Source: Squalus acanthias (Eukaryota). Taken from it: 64,000 nt of DNA. Location: assembly GCA_030390025.1 (NCBI GenBank), contig CM059438.1, forward strand, positions 53,012,001-53,076,000. Reading direction: 5' to 3'. A program made the position numbers and the translations under genes. This document shows positions 9,700 to 23,834 of the stretch, one piece after another (the stretch's first letter is position 1; each line of letters opens with the position of its first letter). The notes beneath the pieces were generated by a model. It was not told the DNA's origin, searched no databases, and was given only the letters and a program-made list of their open reading frames with translations.

Positions 9700-11346
9700 C
9701 CAGTGGCAGCAGCAGGCGAGGTGGATGGTTGCTGAGAATTTAAAGAGGGCAGTTCAGATGTCCTCCTGGGACACCCTCAAGAGGCTGTGGGCCGTGATAG
9801 CCCCGCCTCAGACTGCGCTATCTCAGCATGGGCTTCAGTCTGGGCCACCTGGCTGACAGGCAATGGCAAGGGCACTGGTGGAATGGTGGGGGAGGGAGCA
9901 GCAATGCTGACATCCGGAGGTTCCTGCTCCATGATTCCCACGCCACTACCTCAGGGCCTCTGTTCAGCTCGCCCAGTGATCTGGTGGAGGACAGATCTGT
10001 GGGCATCGGAGACACTCTGCAAGCCCCTTTCAACCGAGCCCAGAGCCACCATGGCAGCTACCTGAGCTTCCATTGCAGCAGTTTGCCATTCCATGCAAGC
10101 TGCAATGACTGCAGTGGAAGCTGCGACTTCAATCATCAGATGCCGCATGATGTCGGGCTCCACAGGTCGTTGGCTCGAATTGACCAGCCTCTCCACGCTG
10201 GCAAAGAGGGGTTCCAAGCTCTGCGTCAAGCCACGGACCAAGGTGGATGCGGACTCCTCGATCCCCCTAGTCATGACCCGTAAGCTTTCAGGCAGGCTCT
10301 CCATTCCACCAAGCATTTGATTTGTCACACCCATCAGCATTGTTCTGAAGCTTGGCCCTGCGAGGTCCTCATCTGACTCCTCTACAGCAGAACTAGTATG
10401 CAACCTTGCCCCCCGGAAAGGTGGCACCTGTGGTGTCCCTTCCATCCTGTGTGGCTGCTGCCCACTAGTGTGTCCCACTGTGAGAATCCCTCTTTTAAGT
10501 TAGCCTCTAAGTTAAGCATGGTACCAGTCTCTGTGCTGGTGCCTACAACAGTGGTAGCCATTGACGCAGTGCATTCATCCTCGCTCTCCTCCTCCTCCTC
10601 CTCCCTCCTCCTCCATGGGGCGAGGTGGATATTGCTCCTTGGAACCTGCAACGATTAAGCTAGAAGGATTAGGGTGCAGCACATGTGGCCACTATAGGAG
10701 GACGTGTGTGATGAGACCATATGGAGCTTGGGAGTGAGGATAGCTTTGGGTGATTAGGGATCAGGAATAGTTATGCATCTGCAAGGAAGCTGAAGTGGCC
10801 ACATACCTCTAGGCGAGATGCCCCCTGCTCTGCCTCGGGCCACGGTGCCTCCCGATCACGGCAAGCACTGCCTCCTCAAGGGGAGTGATGTCATGCAGAC
10901 ATGGTTGACCTCCCCCCGGCCAGGTCCTGCTGCCACCTGTTATGTGCTATTTTTTCCTGGAAGAGAAAGAGTGGTGACTGTGAATGAGTATAGTTTGGGG
11001 TGTGTGAATGTCAGTGTATAGTTAGATGGTAAATGATGTGTGTTGAGGTGGTGATGCTGGTGGTGCAGTTAATTAGAAGTGTGTTTGTGAGATGAACTCT
11101 TACCTTGACCATTACATTTCTTGGGGCACTGGAGCCATGTCCTGGGGCCAGGGTTCCTGGCTGTGACCTCCCAGGCGATCTCCTCCCACATGCGGTGCAT
11201 CAGCTGCCTCAGTGGCCTCCTTTCCCCTTCGGGTAGAGGACATCCGTCCTCCTCTCTACCTCCTCCACCAGGACATTCTGTGCCACATCGGAGAACCTGG
11301 GTGCCCTCTCTCTTGCTCCTTCAGACATACTTTCACTCCTAGCCAT
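9700..11346 (-). pseudogene. Harbinger Myb/SANT-like DNA-binding gene (three exon-like segments, degenerate)
   Basis: Starts MARSESMSEGARERAPRFSDVAQNVLVEEVERRTDVL. Minus-strand donors GTAAGA (11103) and GTATGT (10806). Long low-complexity last exon. Confidence 0.75.
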
Positions 11347-11759
11347 CGCATTCGATACCTCCCGTGGAAGTGGGTGACTGCAGGCTACATATACAGCTCC
11401 AGGAAAATTGGGTCTAATCAGTGCTTGAGTGCTAAACCTGCAGATGTCGGTTTCAGCGCCTGCAGGCACCTTCAAATCATGATAATCATCAATTAGCCAA
11501 AAAATTGCGTGCTAAATCCAGACTTTCAACCAGGTGTTTCTTATTAGCACAGCACCCATATAGTGCCTTTTTTCATCCTTTGGCCAAAATAACTCCCAGA
11601 CTCAACTCTATACAATAGATTAGCTATCTAAAGCTGGTTAACTTGTCAGCTATCTAAGGAGTTTAATCCTAAATTCATCTCACCAATTTGTATCAGTCTC
11701 AAACATTAATCTTGACTATATGTTAAGGAGCAGTACTCTGGTTAATGCTGAATTACTGT

Positions 11760-12187
11760 GGTACCCCGGCTGTAATACTGGGTGGCGTCCCCTGACTTAC
11801 AGCCGGAAGCTATGTCTGCCGGGGTCAGGGGGCCCTACCTGCGGCCGGGGCGGCGCTAGTTAAAGGGGAGGTGGCGGGCGGCCATTTTTGTTGCTGGCCG
11901 CCTGCCAGCACCTGCCCCTGTTGCTGTCCCCGGCCCCCGTGAAGGCCCCCTGCGAGGTGCCGGCTGCTCTCCTTGAACCCGGCACTCAAGGGGAGGAAGG
12001 CCTGCAGTACTGCGGCGCGATGTGCTGCGATATTGGCTCGCAGCACCCCAAGAGGGACGCGGGGCGCTTCCAGTAGTGCCCCTCCTCCCTCTCGGGGCGC
12101 TACCTGGGAAAATTGGCCGCGGGGGTGCTAACTTTTTCGGGGGGCTAATTTTAGCGCCACGCAAAGGTAGCGCCCAATTTTTACCCC
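11760..12187 (-). mobile_element. GC-rich Harbinger-type MITE (partial)
   Basis: Terminus GGGGTAAAAATTGGGCGC on the minus strand. Interior matches the copies at 19177-19834 and 33746-34193. Confidence 0.8.
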
Positions 12188-12739
12188 ACAGTGTGAGTTG
12201 CGAATCTACGGAATTTGCTGGTCGATTTATGGCACTCCACTGTTTTGTTCGCACAAACAGCATCTCGCCCTTAGCCTCCCCGTTATTTTTAAGAACTTGA
12301 TGGATTTACACATTAATTGTCCATTAAATTTGCCACAGAAAGTTAAGTCTGGTGGATTCTCATTCCTTCAGGCTGTTAAAGATTTTTAAAATGCCAAATT
12401 TAATTTTTTTTCTTACTTTTCCTTTCTGTCTGTTTTCTCTCTCTTTTAATCCAATCGTTCATACCCTCTCTTTATTTCTCTTTCTGTACCTGATTTGACT
12501 CTACTTCACCCTATTTCCTTCTCCATCGTTCCTCTGTTGCTTTCTCAATCCTGAAATCTCATTGGTTAAGGAGATAGACTGTTAGTCCCGCTGTTCACCA
12601 AGGTCCCAGATACCCCGTTGCCCTCACCACACCATTATCAGCTCACACTTCCAGCAAGTTACGGTGCAAAAAATTTTGAGCTGAAGGGTGCAGGAAAAAG
12701 TATAACTAACGGTGTATGCCATGAGATGCCCCGCTCCAG

Positions 12740-13440
12740 ATGCTTACCTTGGCTCAGAAAGTCACGACAGCATTTAATTTCTTAGCCACTGGATCATTGC
12801 ATAGGACAAAAAAAACTTCTGCCAGGTCAGTCAATTTGCTGTCCATCCTTGCATAAGGCAACTAATTAATGTCCTGTTTTCCAGGGCAGCCCAGTTCATT
12901 ACTTTTGATGCAAGATCAAGACAAATCCATGAATGGTCCATTATTTTTTATTATTTGCATGGTTTTCACTAGTGCTTGTAGTATTAGATTGCATTCATGT
13001 AGCCTTTTTAACCGCCACTGTCAATTCACACTATTAATTGGACTTCACTCCTTTAAAGTCCGATTAGTGTGCAACTGATTGGATACCTCCCATCTCTCCT
13101 AAAAGCCAATGTTACCATGGCTTCTACCATCATTGAGAAGGACCACCAATGAAGCAGAGGAATGCTATAATGAGCCCACATCCACTCTCAAATTAAAATT
13201 GAGCAGGCCTTTGATATGCTGAAAGGAAGATTTAGGTGCCTAGATATATCCAGGCACTCCCTCAATGCTCCCAGTGTTGTCTTGTGAATTGCTGTGCCTG
13301 CCAAAATTTCCCCCTTTACAAAGGCCTGGAAAAGGAGAATGAGACAGAGGAACTTGTACATAAGGAGGGCACAGCAGGGTCAAGATAGCTGCTGGGACAG
13401 AATTACAGGACAACTCATCAGAGAGACTTTCAGTAATGTC
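12740..13440 (+). pseudogene. Old, decayed Harbinger transposase
   Basis: Remnants KVTTAFNFLATGS, LDCIHVA and IEQAFDMLKGRFRCLD with many frameshifts. Confidence 0.75.
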
Positions 13441-15384
13441 TGATCATATTTTAGCTATACAACATCTGTAATAACCAGTATTGTCCACATATTTTAAACA
13501 AACAACCCTTCAGAACATTCCATTCATTATTAAAAGCGGAAATCCCATGAGAGTTCCAAGTTCATCTTTTTCCATTCCAGTGGAACTTATATGCTTCCAA
13601 AAAAAAAATGAGCATCATAAATAGTTTTCAAACAACAAAAAGCACAAGTTTTCTGGAACTGTATTAGTCACTTAAGCTGCGATTTTAACTGAGGGCAGGA
13701 ATCGAGCGGGTGGATGCCAAGTCGAACGACAGACCCTCTTGACATCAGTAGCAGCGATATGAGCAATTTGAACTCCTGGGCCTCATCTGAATGCCTCCAG
13801 TCAGTTGCCCAACCAAAACCAGAGGGAAGTGGCAGATGGCCATCCAGCAGGAGTGGAATGTCTGGTGGCAGGAGGCCGCCAGCAGAGACAAAAGGAACAG
13901 TCCCAGATACTCAGGTAAGTCGCACTCCTGCTCTTCCTGGCCTCACAAGAAAAGTAAAAATATGCTTAAAAATGTACATGTTTGAGCCTCTTCTGGCCCC
14001 AACTCTTCTTCCTGCTCACTTCATCTGGCGGGAAAGACACAACAGATTCCCTACTCAGACCACTGGTTAATATAGCAGTTGGGCCTTGATGACATCATCG
14101 GAGCCTGATCTGCATATTTAAAGAAGGTCCCCACTGGTTTCCAGCAGGTATTCATCCCGCCTGCTCAGAATAGCAGGTTAAAGTGAATACTGCAGGAAGG
14201 GAGAGGAACATTGGCGGGTAATTCACCCACATGATTTTTACTGCCACCTGCCCAGTTTCTGCAGGGCGAGCGGGGGTAAAATAGCCCATTTAGTTTAATT
14301 ACTGTGTTCTCCCATTGTCCTTTATTTTATGCTAACACTTCTTCTAAATGTCACCCGAGGACCAATGGTCCGAGATGTGGACAGCTGCTCTGTATTACTA
14401 TGAGCTTCATGTCTCAGGACCACTGAGTCTTGTGATGAATCTGTGGCAGACTGCTTCTCTGGGTTTGCAATCTCCGTAACTGGTTTTCATCCACCTGTGA
14501 AGGCATTGGAGGGGACTGAGCAGAGAACTCTCTGGTGCTACTGCCCTGAGGGAAAGCAACATTTTTTGAGAGCTTTTCTGCTCTTCAGGGAGAGTATACT
14601 GAATATCATGCAAATCCTCCAAAATGGTGCCTTTGAGATCTCGGAATCCAGTAGATAATACTTTCTGTATTCCAGCACCAAGGCTGAATGCTACCAGTCA
14701 AAGCCTGCACGTTGGAGGTAATGATTTGCGTCCAAGCCACTGTGAAAAGTAAATGGAGGTTCATGCAGCTGGCACTCATTCCAGGCTGCACTGCATTGTT
14801 GATAAATCCGCTCTGATGCCGCAAATGATGGCATTGAATTCTGCCACCAGTCCTGCCATCTGACGCACATTTTTGGAGAGGTTGAGATATGACTTTGATG
14901 CTCTTCCAGCATCCTTCTCATGGCAGTACCCATGAGATCATGATCCAAATGCACTTCAGCCTGAGATGTCAGGCACTAACATTTCCTTAGTCTTTGCTCA
15001 GGAACATCTTTCTCCACTTCCACTAACTTTTGTGCATTGTACATCACCCAGCATTCACCCGTTGTGAAAATAATCTGTATTGTCCCAAGAGACTTTATCT
15101 AAGCAGCTGAGTGCAAGTGAGAAAGAAACACTTTCATTTCTATAGGGCCTTTCGCGACCTCAGGACATCCCAAAACGCAGAGTGATATCGGGTGGGAAAC
15201 CCGGAAGAACTTTCAGTGCATCAGTCTGGCATTTTAACGCAGCCACCTAATTAGATAGAATTTCCATGTTTGACCTCGAATGCGTGGTAGTGGGCACGAT
15301 ACGGACCCAAATAATGCAATCTCAACTGGAGTATCTAAAGGACCAATTCAAAGATGGAACTTGGAGGAGTTAGGAGTTTGAACA

Positions 15385-15590
15385 ATGATTTACCGATGCA
15401 CTGCTGGGTGCAGTGAGGAGTCAGAGAGAGATACTCTTCCCCAGCAACAAGAGGAAGAAACCTGCTCCTGCAATAAAAAGGCATGGCTGGAGGTGGCCGA
15501 GGACGTCAGCAGCAGGAGTAGTGTACCATGCTCCTGGCTTCAATGCAAGAAGCACTTTAATGACCTAACCAGGTCAGGAAAGGGGAGTAC
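15385..15590 (+). pseudogene. Harbinger Myb/SANT exon 1 remnant
   Basis: KKAWLEVAEDVSSRSSVPCSWLQCKKHFNDLTRSGK. Confidence 0.8.
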
Positions 15591-18496
15591 AGTAGCACAT
15601 TCACCTACATCCTGTTGTGCACATCACCACCCAATCCCCTCACTCTGCCTTGTCAAGCCTACTCCATCACATCACTCTTCACACCCACTTATCTTGCAAA
15701 CGCACCCATCCTACTCTTTCTATGCACTTCCTCACATCCCATCTATCTATCCACTACTGCTACTCACCCTGATCTTTATGCAATTTCATGCCTCTCCCTG
15801 ATAGTCACCCTAACCAAATGCAGTACATCCATCGGGTGAACACATGCCATTTTAGTCGCTCAGAGGGAGCTGTTTCGATGGGACAGGCTCTACTTAAACC
15901 GGGCTGGGACCAGTGTCCTTGCAAATTGAATAACTAGGGCAGTAGAGAGGGCTTTAAACTAATGAAGGGGGGTGGGAGGATTCAGGAAAGAGTAAATTTA
16001 AAAGCAGCAAGAGAAATGTCAAGGCTCTAGAGCAGAGTGGAGTTTTGAGTAAAAATAAGCAGAGTGGGTCAGGAAGGGACAGCGAGAGTAACAAAGGTAA
16101 TAAGGCATCAGTGACTAAGGTGACATTAGGGAAAAATAGAAAAAAGTCAAAGCTAAAGGCACTATTTCTGAATGCGCGAAGCATTCACAACAAAATAGAT
16201 GAATAGCGCAGATAGAAATTAATAGGTTTGATCTAATAACTATTACGGATTTGTGGTTGCAAAGTGGCCAAGGTTGGGAACTAAATATTCCAGGATACTT
16301 TAACTTTTAGAAGATATAGACAAATTGCTAAAGGAGGCGGGGTAGCCCTGATAATAAAGGATGGGAGAAAGGATCTTAGCTCCGAAAATCAAGAAGTAGA
16401 ATCAGTTTGGGTGGAGCTAAGAAACAGCAAGGGGCAGAAAACGTTGTTGGGAGTTGTTTATAGGCCCCCAAACAATAGTTGTAATGTAGGGCAGTGTATA
16501 AATCAGGAAATTAGAGGCGCATGTAACAAGGGTAATGCAGTAATCATGGGGGACTTTAATCTACATATAGACTGGGCAAACCAAATTTGCAGTAATAGTG
16601 TAGAGGACAAATTCATGGAATGTATACAAGATAGTTTTCTAGATCAGTATATTGAGGAACCAACTAGGGAACAGGCTATTTTAGATCTAGTATTGTGCAA
16701 TGAGAAAGGGCTAATTAATAACCTTGTAGTAAAGGGGCCTTTAGGGAAGAGTGACCATACTATGATAGAATTTTATATTGAGTTTGAAAGTGATTTTAGT
16801 TTAATCTGAAACTAAGGTCTTAAATCTAAACAAAGCAAACTACGTCGGTAGGAGGGGCAAGTTGGCTAAGGTAGATTGGGAAACTATATTAAAAGATATG
16901 ACGGTAGACAAGCAATGGCTAGCATTTAAAGAATTAATACATAATTTACAACAAATATACATTCCTTTAAGGCACAAAAACCCCACAGGAAAAGAAAGTA
17001 CTGAAGAAATTAATGGGACTGAAAGCCGATAAATCCCCTGGACCTGATGGCCTACATCCTAGGGTTTTAAAAGAGGTGGCTATAGAGATAGTGGATGCAT
17101 TGGTTGTCATCTTCCAAAATTCCATAGATTCTAGAATGGTTCCTGAGGATTGGAAGGTAGCAAATGTAAACCTACTATTTAAGAAAGGAGGGAGAGAGAA
17201 AACGGGGAACTACAGACCAGTTAGCCAGACATCAGTAGGAGGGAAAATGCTAGAATCTATTATTAAGGACGTGGTAACAGGGCAATAAGAAAATAATAAT
17301 CGGATTGGGCAGAGTCAACACGGATTTATGAAAGGGAAATCATGTTTGACGAATCTATTAGTCTTTTTTGAGGTTGTAACTAGCAGAATAGATGAGGGGG
17401 AACCAGTGGATGTGGTGTATTTGGATTTTCAGAAGGCATTCGATAAGGTGCCACACAAGAGGTTATTAAACAAAATTAGGGGTCATGGGATTGGGGGTAA
17501 TATATTAGCATGGATTGAGGATTGGTTAACGGACAGAAAACAGAGAGCAGGAATAAACAGGTCATTTTCAGGTTGGCAGGCTGTAACTAATGGGGTACCG
17601 CAAGGAGCAATGCTTGGGCCTCAGCTATTCACAATTTACATCAATGATTCGGATGAGGGGACCAAATGTAATATCCAAGTTTGCTGATGATATCAGGAGA
17701 CACCAGGAGCGGAGCATAAAGCAGTGGGGGAAACAGCGCCGACCTGATTGGAGACACCAGGAGCGGAGGAACCGTCGACAATTTCCAAAGAAAAAATGAA
17801 GAGTGACATCACAGGACAGCAGGTAGGTGATTGGTTGGTCAGTATTAAGGGTTTTTTTTCCTCTCTAAGCTAGGATAGTGGTTTAACTAGGTGTGGGAAA
17901 CTATAACTGTATTAAATTTATAGCTTAACTAGTTAAACTATTTAATATAACTATAAATAATCATTGAATACTTTAACTAATTAAATAAATAAAATAAGGC
18001 TAGTCTAAGATATGGCAGGGCAGGTTGTGTTTCCGGACTGCAGTATGTGGGAGTTTGTGGACGGTGAGACTGTCCCGAGCAAACACGTCAGCAGGTGATG
18101 TCTCCGTCTCAAATCTCTCTGGCTCAGAGTCATTGAACTGGAGTGGTGAGTTGGGGACACTCCAACACATAAGGGAAGGGGAGGAATTTCTGGACAGTTT
18201 TATCCAGAATACAGTAGCACCTCAGAGGAAAGCACAGGTTCAGGAAGGGGAGAGTGTGACTGTTAGGGAGCTGAGTAGTGGGGATTTACAAGAGGTTGAG
18301 AAGGAGGTCCCCCAGACACTGTCCTGTCCAACAGGTATGATATACTCACTACCTGTGAGGACAAGGAGAAAGACTGCAGGGAGGACAGCCACAATGCAGA
18401 CCAAGGCCCCGTGGCTCAGAAGGCTGTCCAAGGGGCCGGGGGGGGGGGGGGGGGGTGGGAGAGAGCAGAATAGAAATGTGGTAGTGATAGGGGACT

Positions 18497-18636
18497 CTAT
18501 AATTAGGGGGATAGATAGCGTCCTCTGCAGCCATGAATGAGAATCCCGAAGGGTGTGTTGCCTACCCTATAATTAGGGGGATAGATAGCGTCCTCTGCAG
18601 CAATGAATGAGAATTCCGAAGGGTGTGTTGCCTACC
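18497..18636 (+). repeat. 70-bp tandem duplication in CR1 ORF1
   Basis: CTATAATTAGGGGGATAG...GTGTTGCCTACC occurs at 18497 and 18567. Confidence 0.9.
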
Positions 18637-19176
18637 CCGGTGCCAGGGTAAGGGATATCTCACGCCGGCTGGAGAGGAACCTGGAAAGGGAGGGGGTAAA
18701 TCCAGTTGTCGTGGTCCATGTTGGAACAAACGACATAGGTAGGAACAGGGAGGAGGTCCTGCTGAAAGAGTTTCAGGAGATAGGCTCTAAATTAAAAAGC
18801 AGGACCTCGAGGGTAATAATCTCTGGGTTATTGCCCAAGCCACGTGCAAATTGGCATAGAAGCAGACAGATCAGGACAATTAATACGTGGCTAAAGGGCT
18901 GGATGGGTTCCTTTTCATGGGACACTGGCACTAGTTCTGAGACAGGAAGGAGCTGTACCGACGGGACGGGCTCCACCTGAACCGGGATGGGACCCGTGTC
19001 CTAGCGGAAAGGTTAAAGAGGGAGGTGGCAAAGGCTTTAAACTAGTAAGAAGGGGGGAGGGATCTACAAGAAATGTAAGCAGCCTAAATATTAACAAAAC
19101 AGGAAAAGTGAGCATAGGAAAGAATAAAGTAAGGGAGGACATTGATGGCAAGGGAGCAAATAGAGTTATAGAACAG

Positions 19177-19834
19177 GGGGAAGCGGGGCGCCACTGGAAG
19201 CACCCCGCATCCCTCTTGGGGCGCTGCGAGTGAATATCCTGGCGCTACGTGCCGCAGCGCCACGCGCTGCGGCACGTCGCGCCGCGGTATTGCAGGCCTT
19301 CCTCCCCTTCTTAAAGGGGAGGGACCCTGCGCAGCGCGAACCGGGGCCCAGCTGGGCCCCCAGGGATCGGGAGTGCCGGCAAAAGAGCCCGGCACTCAAG
19401 AGAAGTGCCGGGCTCTTGGAGCGCAGCCGGCACTTCACGGTGGGGGGGCTTCACGGGGGCCGGGGACAGCAACGGGGGCAGGTGCTGGCAGGCGGCCAGC
19501 AACAAAAATGGCCGCCTGCCACCTCCCCTTTAAATATCGCCGCCCCGGCCGCACGTACGCCCCCCTGAACCCGTCGGACATAGCGTCTGGCGGTAAATCA
19601 GGGGGCGCGACTGAAGATCACGGCCGGGGCGCGAGCGGGGCGCTGCGCACGGCGATGACGTCATCGCCGGCGGCGCAGCGCCACAGGGCGCTACCGGCTG
19701 CCGCCGCCGCTAACCTCCCACTAAATTTTTCGGGAGGCGTGGGCGGCGCTGCGCCCGGGCGTTAGCTGCTTTACGCCCCATTAGCGCCCTCTTAAGGCGC
19801 TAACGGGAGGTGCAAGCAGCTGAATTTTTCCCCC
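19177..19834 (+). mobile_element. GC/CpG-rich Harbinger-type MITE inserted between CR1 ORF1 and ORF2
   Basis: Flanked by CAG on both sides (3-bp TSD) and ends GAATTTTTCCCCC. Confidence 0.85.
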
Positions 19835-22800
19835 CAGGAGTCTTAAAAGATGGTTAAACATAAAGTGAGAGGAAATCCTATTAAAAATGAGTTAAACTGT
19901 CTGTACAGCAATGCACACGGTGTCCGAAATAAAACAGGGGAGCTGGAGGCCATCATGCATTGGGAGGAACCAGACATAGTAGGGATTACTGAGACATGGC
20001 TACAGAAAAATCAGGACTGGGAATTAAACATTGCAGGGTATAACATATTTAGAAAAGATAGAGAGGGAAAAAGGGGAGGTGGAGTAGCTGTACTTATTAG
20101 AGATAACATTATGGCAGTAGAAAAAAGGGACGTAGATATCAGCAACACAAAAATAGAATCCATATGGATAGAGATAAAAGATAATAAAGGATCAGTCACA
20201 CTAATAGGCGTAGTCTACAGACAACCTAATAGTGGAAGGGAGGTGGTGGAAGAACTATACAGACAAATTAGAGAAATGAGTAAAAAATATAGAATAATAA
20301 TCATGGGGGATTTCAACTACCCCGATATTAATTGGACAGAAGAGGTAGGTAAAGGGGATAAGGGAATGGAGTTCCTACAATGTCTGCAGGACTCCTTTCT
20401 AACCCAACATGTAAAAAGCCCAACAAGTGAGGATTCACTATTGGATCTAGTTATGGGAAATGAGCCAGAGCAGATAAGAGAAGTAAACGTAGGGGAACAT
20501 AAAGGCAATAGTGATCATAATAAGATGACAATAGAGACCGACATAAGAATGACAAGAAACAAGTTAATCGATTGGAGAAAAGCTGATTTCGAGGGTCTGA
20601 GAATAGAACTTGGGAAGATAAAATGGGCAACAATATTGGCAAACAACGATGTAGAACGACAATGGGAAACATTTAAAATGGTGTTCAACAGCGTGCAGGA
20701 AAAATACATTCCGCTAAAAGGAAAGAACAAACTAAACACTAATGAGACTCCACAGATGAATAAAGACATAAGAAAACAATTGAGAGTAAGGAAAGAGGCA
20801 TACATTAAGTACATAGACAGCAGAGGAGTGCATGATAAGAGAGAATACGAAGGGATTAGGAGAGAAGTCAAAGAAACAATTAGGGAGGCAAAGAGGAACT
20901 ATGAAATTAAATTATCAAGGAACATAAAACAAAATAGTAAAATATTTTACAGGCACATCATAAAAAAAAGGAAGGTTAGGATGGGAATAGGGCCATTAAG
21001 GGATGGACAGGACAATACCACAGGTAACGATAGGGAGATGGCAGAAAAATTAAATCATTATTTCGCTTCAGTATTTACCAGGGAGATAGAACAGGTGGAC
21101 ACATGGCATTGGATGATGAGATGAGTAATGAGATAAGTGCATTTAAAATAAAAAAGGGGATATATTAAATAAACGAATCAAACTCAGAAGATAAAACCCT
21201 TGGTGCATCCACGCATTGTAAAAGAATCTAGGGAAGAGATAGCAGAGGCATTACTGCACATATTTAATAATTCGTTAGAAAAAGGTCTAGTGCCAGAGGA
21301 CTGGCGGATAGCTAACGTAATACCTATATTTAAGAAGGGGGATAGAAGATGTCCAGGGAATTATAGACCAGTCAGCTTAACATTGGTGGTAGGAAAATTA
21401 ATGGAATTCCTACTAAAGGAGAGAATAGAAGAACATCTAGAAAGAAAAAGTATAATAATGAATAGTTAGCATGGATTTCAAAAGGGAAAATCTTGCTTGA
21501 CCAACTTTATTGAATCTTTTGAAGAGGTAGCAGAGAGATTAGACAATGGTAATGCAGTAGATGTAATTTATCTAGATTTTCAAAAGGCCTTCGATAAGGT
21601 ACCCCATAATAGACTAATGAATAAAGTCAGAGAATGTGGAGTCAGGGGACAAGTAGCAGAATGGATTGCTAGCAGGCTTCAAGACAGAAAGCAGAGAGTG
21701 GGAGTAAAGGGTAGCTATTCACAGTGGCAGAAGGTGGGTAGTGGTGTTCCACAAGGATCAGTGCTGCGACCACTGCTGTTCACAATTTACATTAACGATT
21801 TAGACTTTGGAATCAAAAACACAATTTTTAAATTTGCGGATGAATCCAAATTGGGGGGGGGTGGAGATAGTCAATACTGAGGAGGACAGCAACAAATGAC
21901 AGGAGGACATTAATAAACTTGCAGAATGGGCAAATAATTGGTAAATGAAGTTCAACACAGACAAATGTGAGGTATTACATTTTGGTAGGAAGAATAGGGA
22001 GGTCACTTATCACTTGGAGGGTGTGAGTCTAGGTGGGGTAGAGGAACAAAGGGATCTCGGAGTACAAATACACAAATCATTAAAAGTTGCGCCACAGGTT
22101 AGCAAGGCCATTAAAAATGCAAACCAAGCACTAGGGTTTATTTCTAGAGGGATAGAATTGAAAAGTAGGGAAGTTATGCTAAACCTGTATCAAACCTTGG
22201 TTAGACCACACTTGGAGTACTGCGTGCAGTTCTGGTCGCCATATTATAAAAAGGATATAGAAACACTGGAGAGGGTGCAGAGAAGATTTACAAGGATGAT
22301 ACCAGAAATGCAAGGGTATACATATCAGGAAAGGATGAACAGGCTGGGTCTCTTTTCTCTTGAAAAAAGAAGGCTGAGGGGTGACCTAATAGAGGTTTTT
22401 AAAATTATGAAAGGTTTTGACAGAGTGGATACAGAGAGAATGTTTCCATTTGTGGGGAAGAGCATAACTGGAGGCAATCAATATAAGATAGTCACCAAGA
22501 AAGCCAATAGGGAATTCAGAAGAAACTTCTTTACCCAAAGAGTGGTGAGAATGTGGAACTCGCTACCACAGGAAGTGGTTGAAGCGAATAGTATAGATGC
22601 ATTTAAGGGGAGGCTGGACAAACATATGAGGGAGAAGGGAATAGAGGGTTATGTTGATAGATTTAGATGAGGAAATACAGGAGGAGGCTCGAGTGGAGCA
22701 TAAACACTGGCATAGACTGGTTGGGCCGAATGGCCTGTTTCTGTGCCACATATCCAATGTAATCCTATGTAATATAAAGCTAGGTGAGAATGTAAGTTGT

Positions 22801-23834
22801 GAGGAGGATGCAAAGAGGCTTCATGGAGATATAGACAGGCTAAGTGAGTGGGCAAGAACATGACAAATGGAACATAATGTGGAGAAATGTGAAGTTATCT
22901 ACTTTGGTAGGAAAAATAGAAAAGCAGAGTATTTTTTAAATGGTGAGAGATTGGGAAATGTTGGTGTTCAGAGGGACCTGGGTGTCCTTGTACACGAATC
23001 ACTGAAAGTTAACATGCAGGTTCAGCAAGCAATTAGGAAAGCAAATAGTATGTTGGCTTTTATTACAAGAGGATTTGAGTATAAGAGTAAAGACGTCTTA
23101 CTGCAATTATATAGGGCCCTGGTGAGACCACACCTGGAGTATTGTGTACAGTTTTGGTCTCCTTACCTAAGGAAAGATATACTTGCCATAGTGGGAATGC
23201 AACAAAGTTTCACCAGACTGATTCCTGGGATGGGGGGGATTGTCCTATGAGGAGAGATTGAGTAGACTAGGCCTATATTCTCTAGAGTTTAGAAGAATGA
23301 GTGGGGCTCTCATTGAAGCATACAAAATTCTTACAGGGCTTGACAGGGTAGATGCAGGGAGGATGTTTCCCCTGGCTGGGGAGTCTAGAACCAGGGGTCA
23401 GAGTCTCAGAATAAGGGGTCAGCCATTTAGGACTGAGATGAGGAGAAATGTCTTCACTCAGAGGGTGGTGAATCTTTGGAATTCTCTACCCCAGAGGGCA
23501 TGGAAGCTCAGTCGTTGAGTATACTTAAGACAGAGATCGATCGATTTTTGGATATTAAGGGAATCAAGGGATATGGGGATAGTGCAAGAAAGTGGAGTTG
23601 AGGTAGAAGATCAGCCATGATCTTATTGCATAGCAGAGCAGGCTCGAGGGGCCAAATGGCCTACTCCTGCTCCTATTTCTTATGTTCTTTCTCTTGTTGC
23701 AGGAGAAGAGAGCGCAAAACACAAGGGAGAGGGAGAGAACCGGAGGTAGTCCTCCACAGATTTTCCAGTTGACAGCTGCAGAGGAGATCAGTGGCATATT
23801 GGTGTCCCTGACCATCGGAGATGGAGAGATTGGG

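Larger units (their letters stand above)
8255..11597. mobile_element. PIF/Harbinger element with convergent transposase (+) and Myb/SANT (-) genes; left end truncated
   Basis: Transposase remnant at 8255-8950, spliced Myb-like gene at 11346-9700, and a TIR-like end at about 11597. Confidence 0.85.
17693..22770 (+). mobile_element. Near full-length CR1 LINE (5' UTR, ORF1 Cys-rich + SGNH esterase, ORF2 APE-RT), mutated
   Basis: ORF1 has GDSIIRG, YPGAR and VVHVGTNDI. ORF2 (19850-22670) has [28 protein letters not shown] and GVPQGSVL. It carries several stops/frameshifts and a 3' tail. Confidence 0.95.
15855..23690 (+). mobile_element. CR1 LINE (ORF1 end, APE, RT), split at 17692/22771 by a second CR1
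   Basis: APE motifs GVVYRPP, MGDFN and SDH, then RT up to KFADD at about 17690. It resumes AAAGCTAGG at about 22776 and ends in a CR1 tail at about 23690. Confidence 0.9.
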
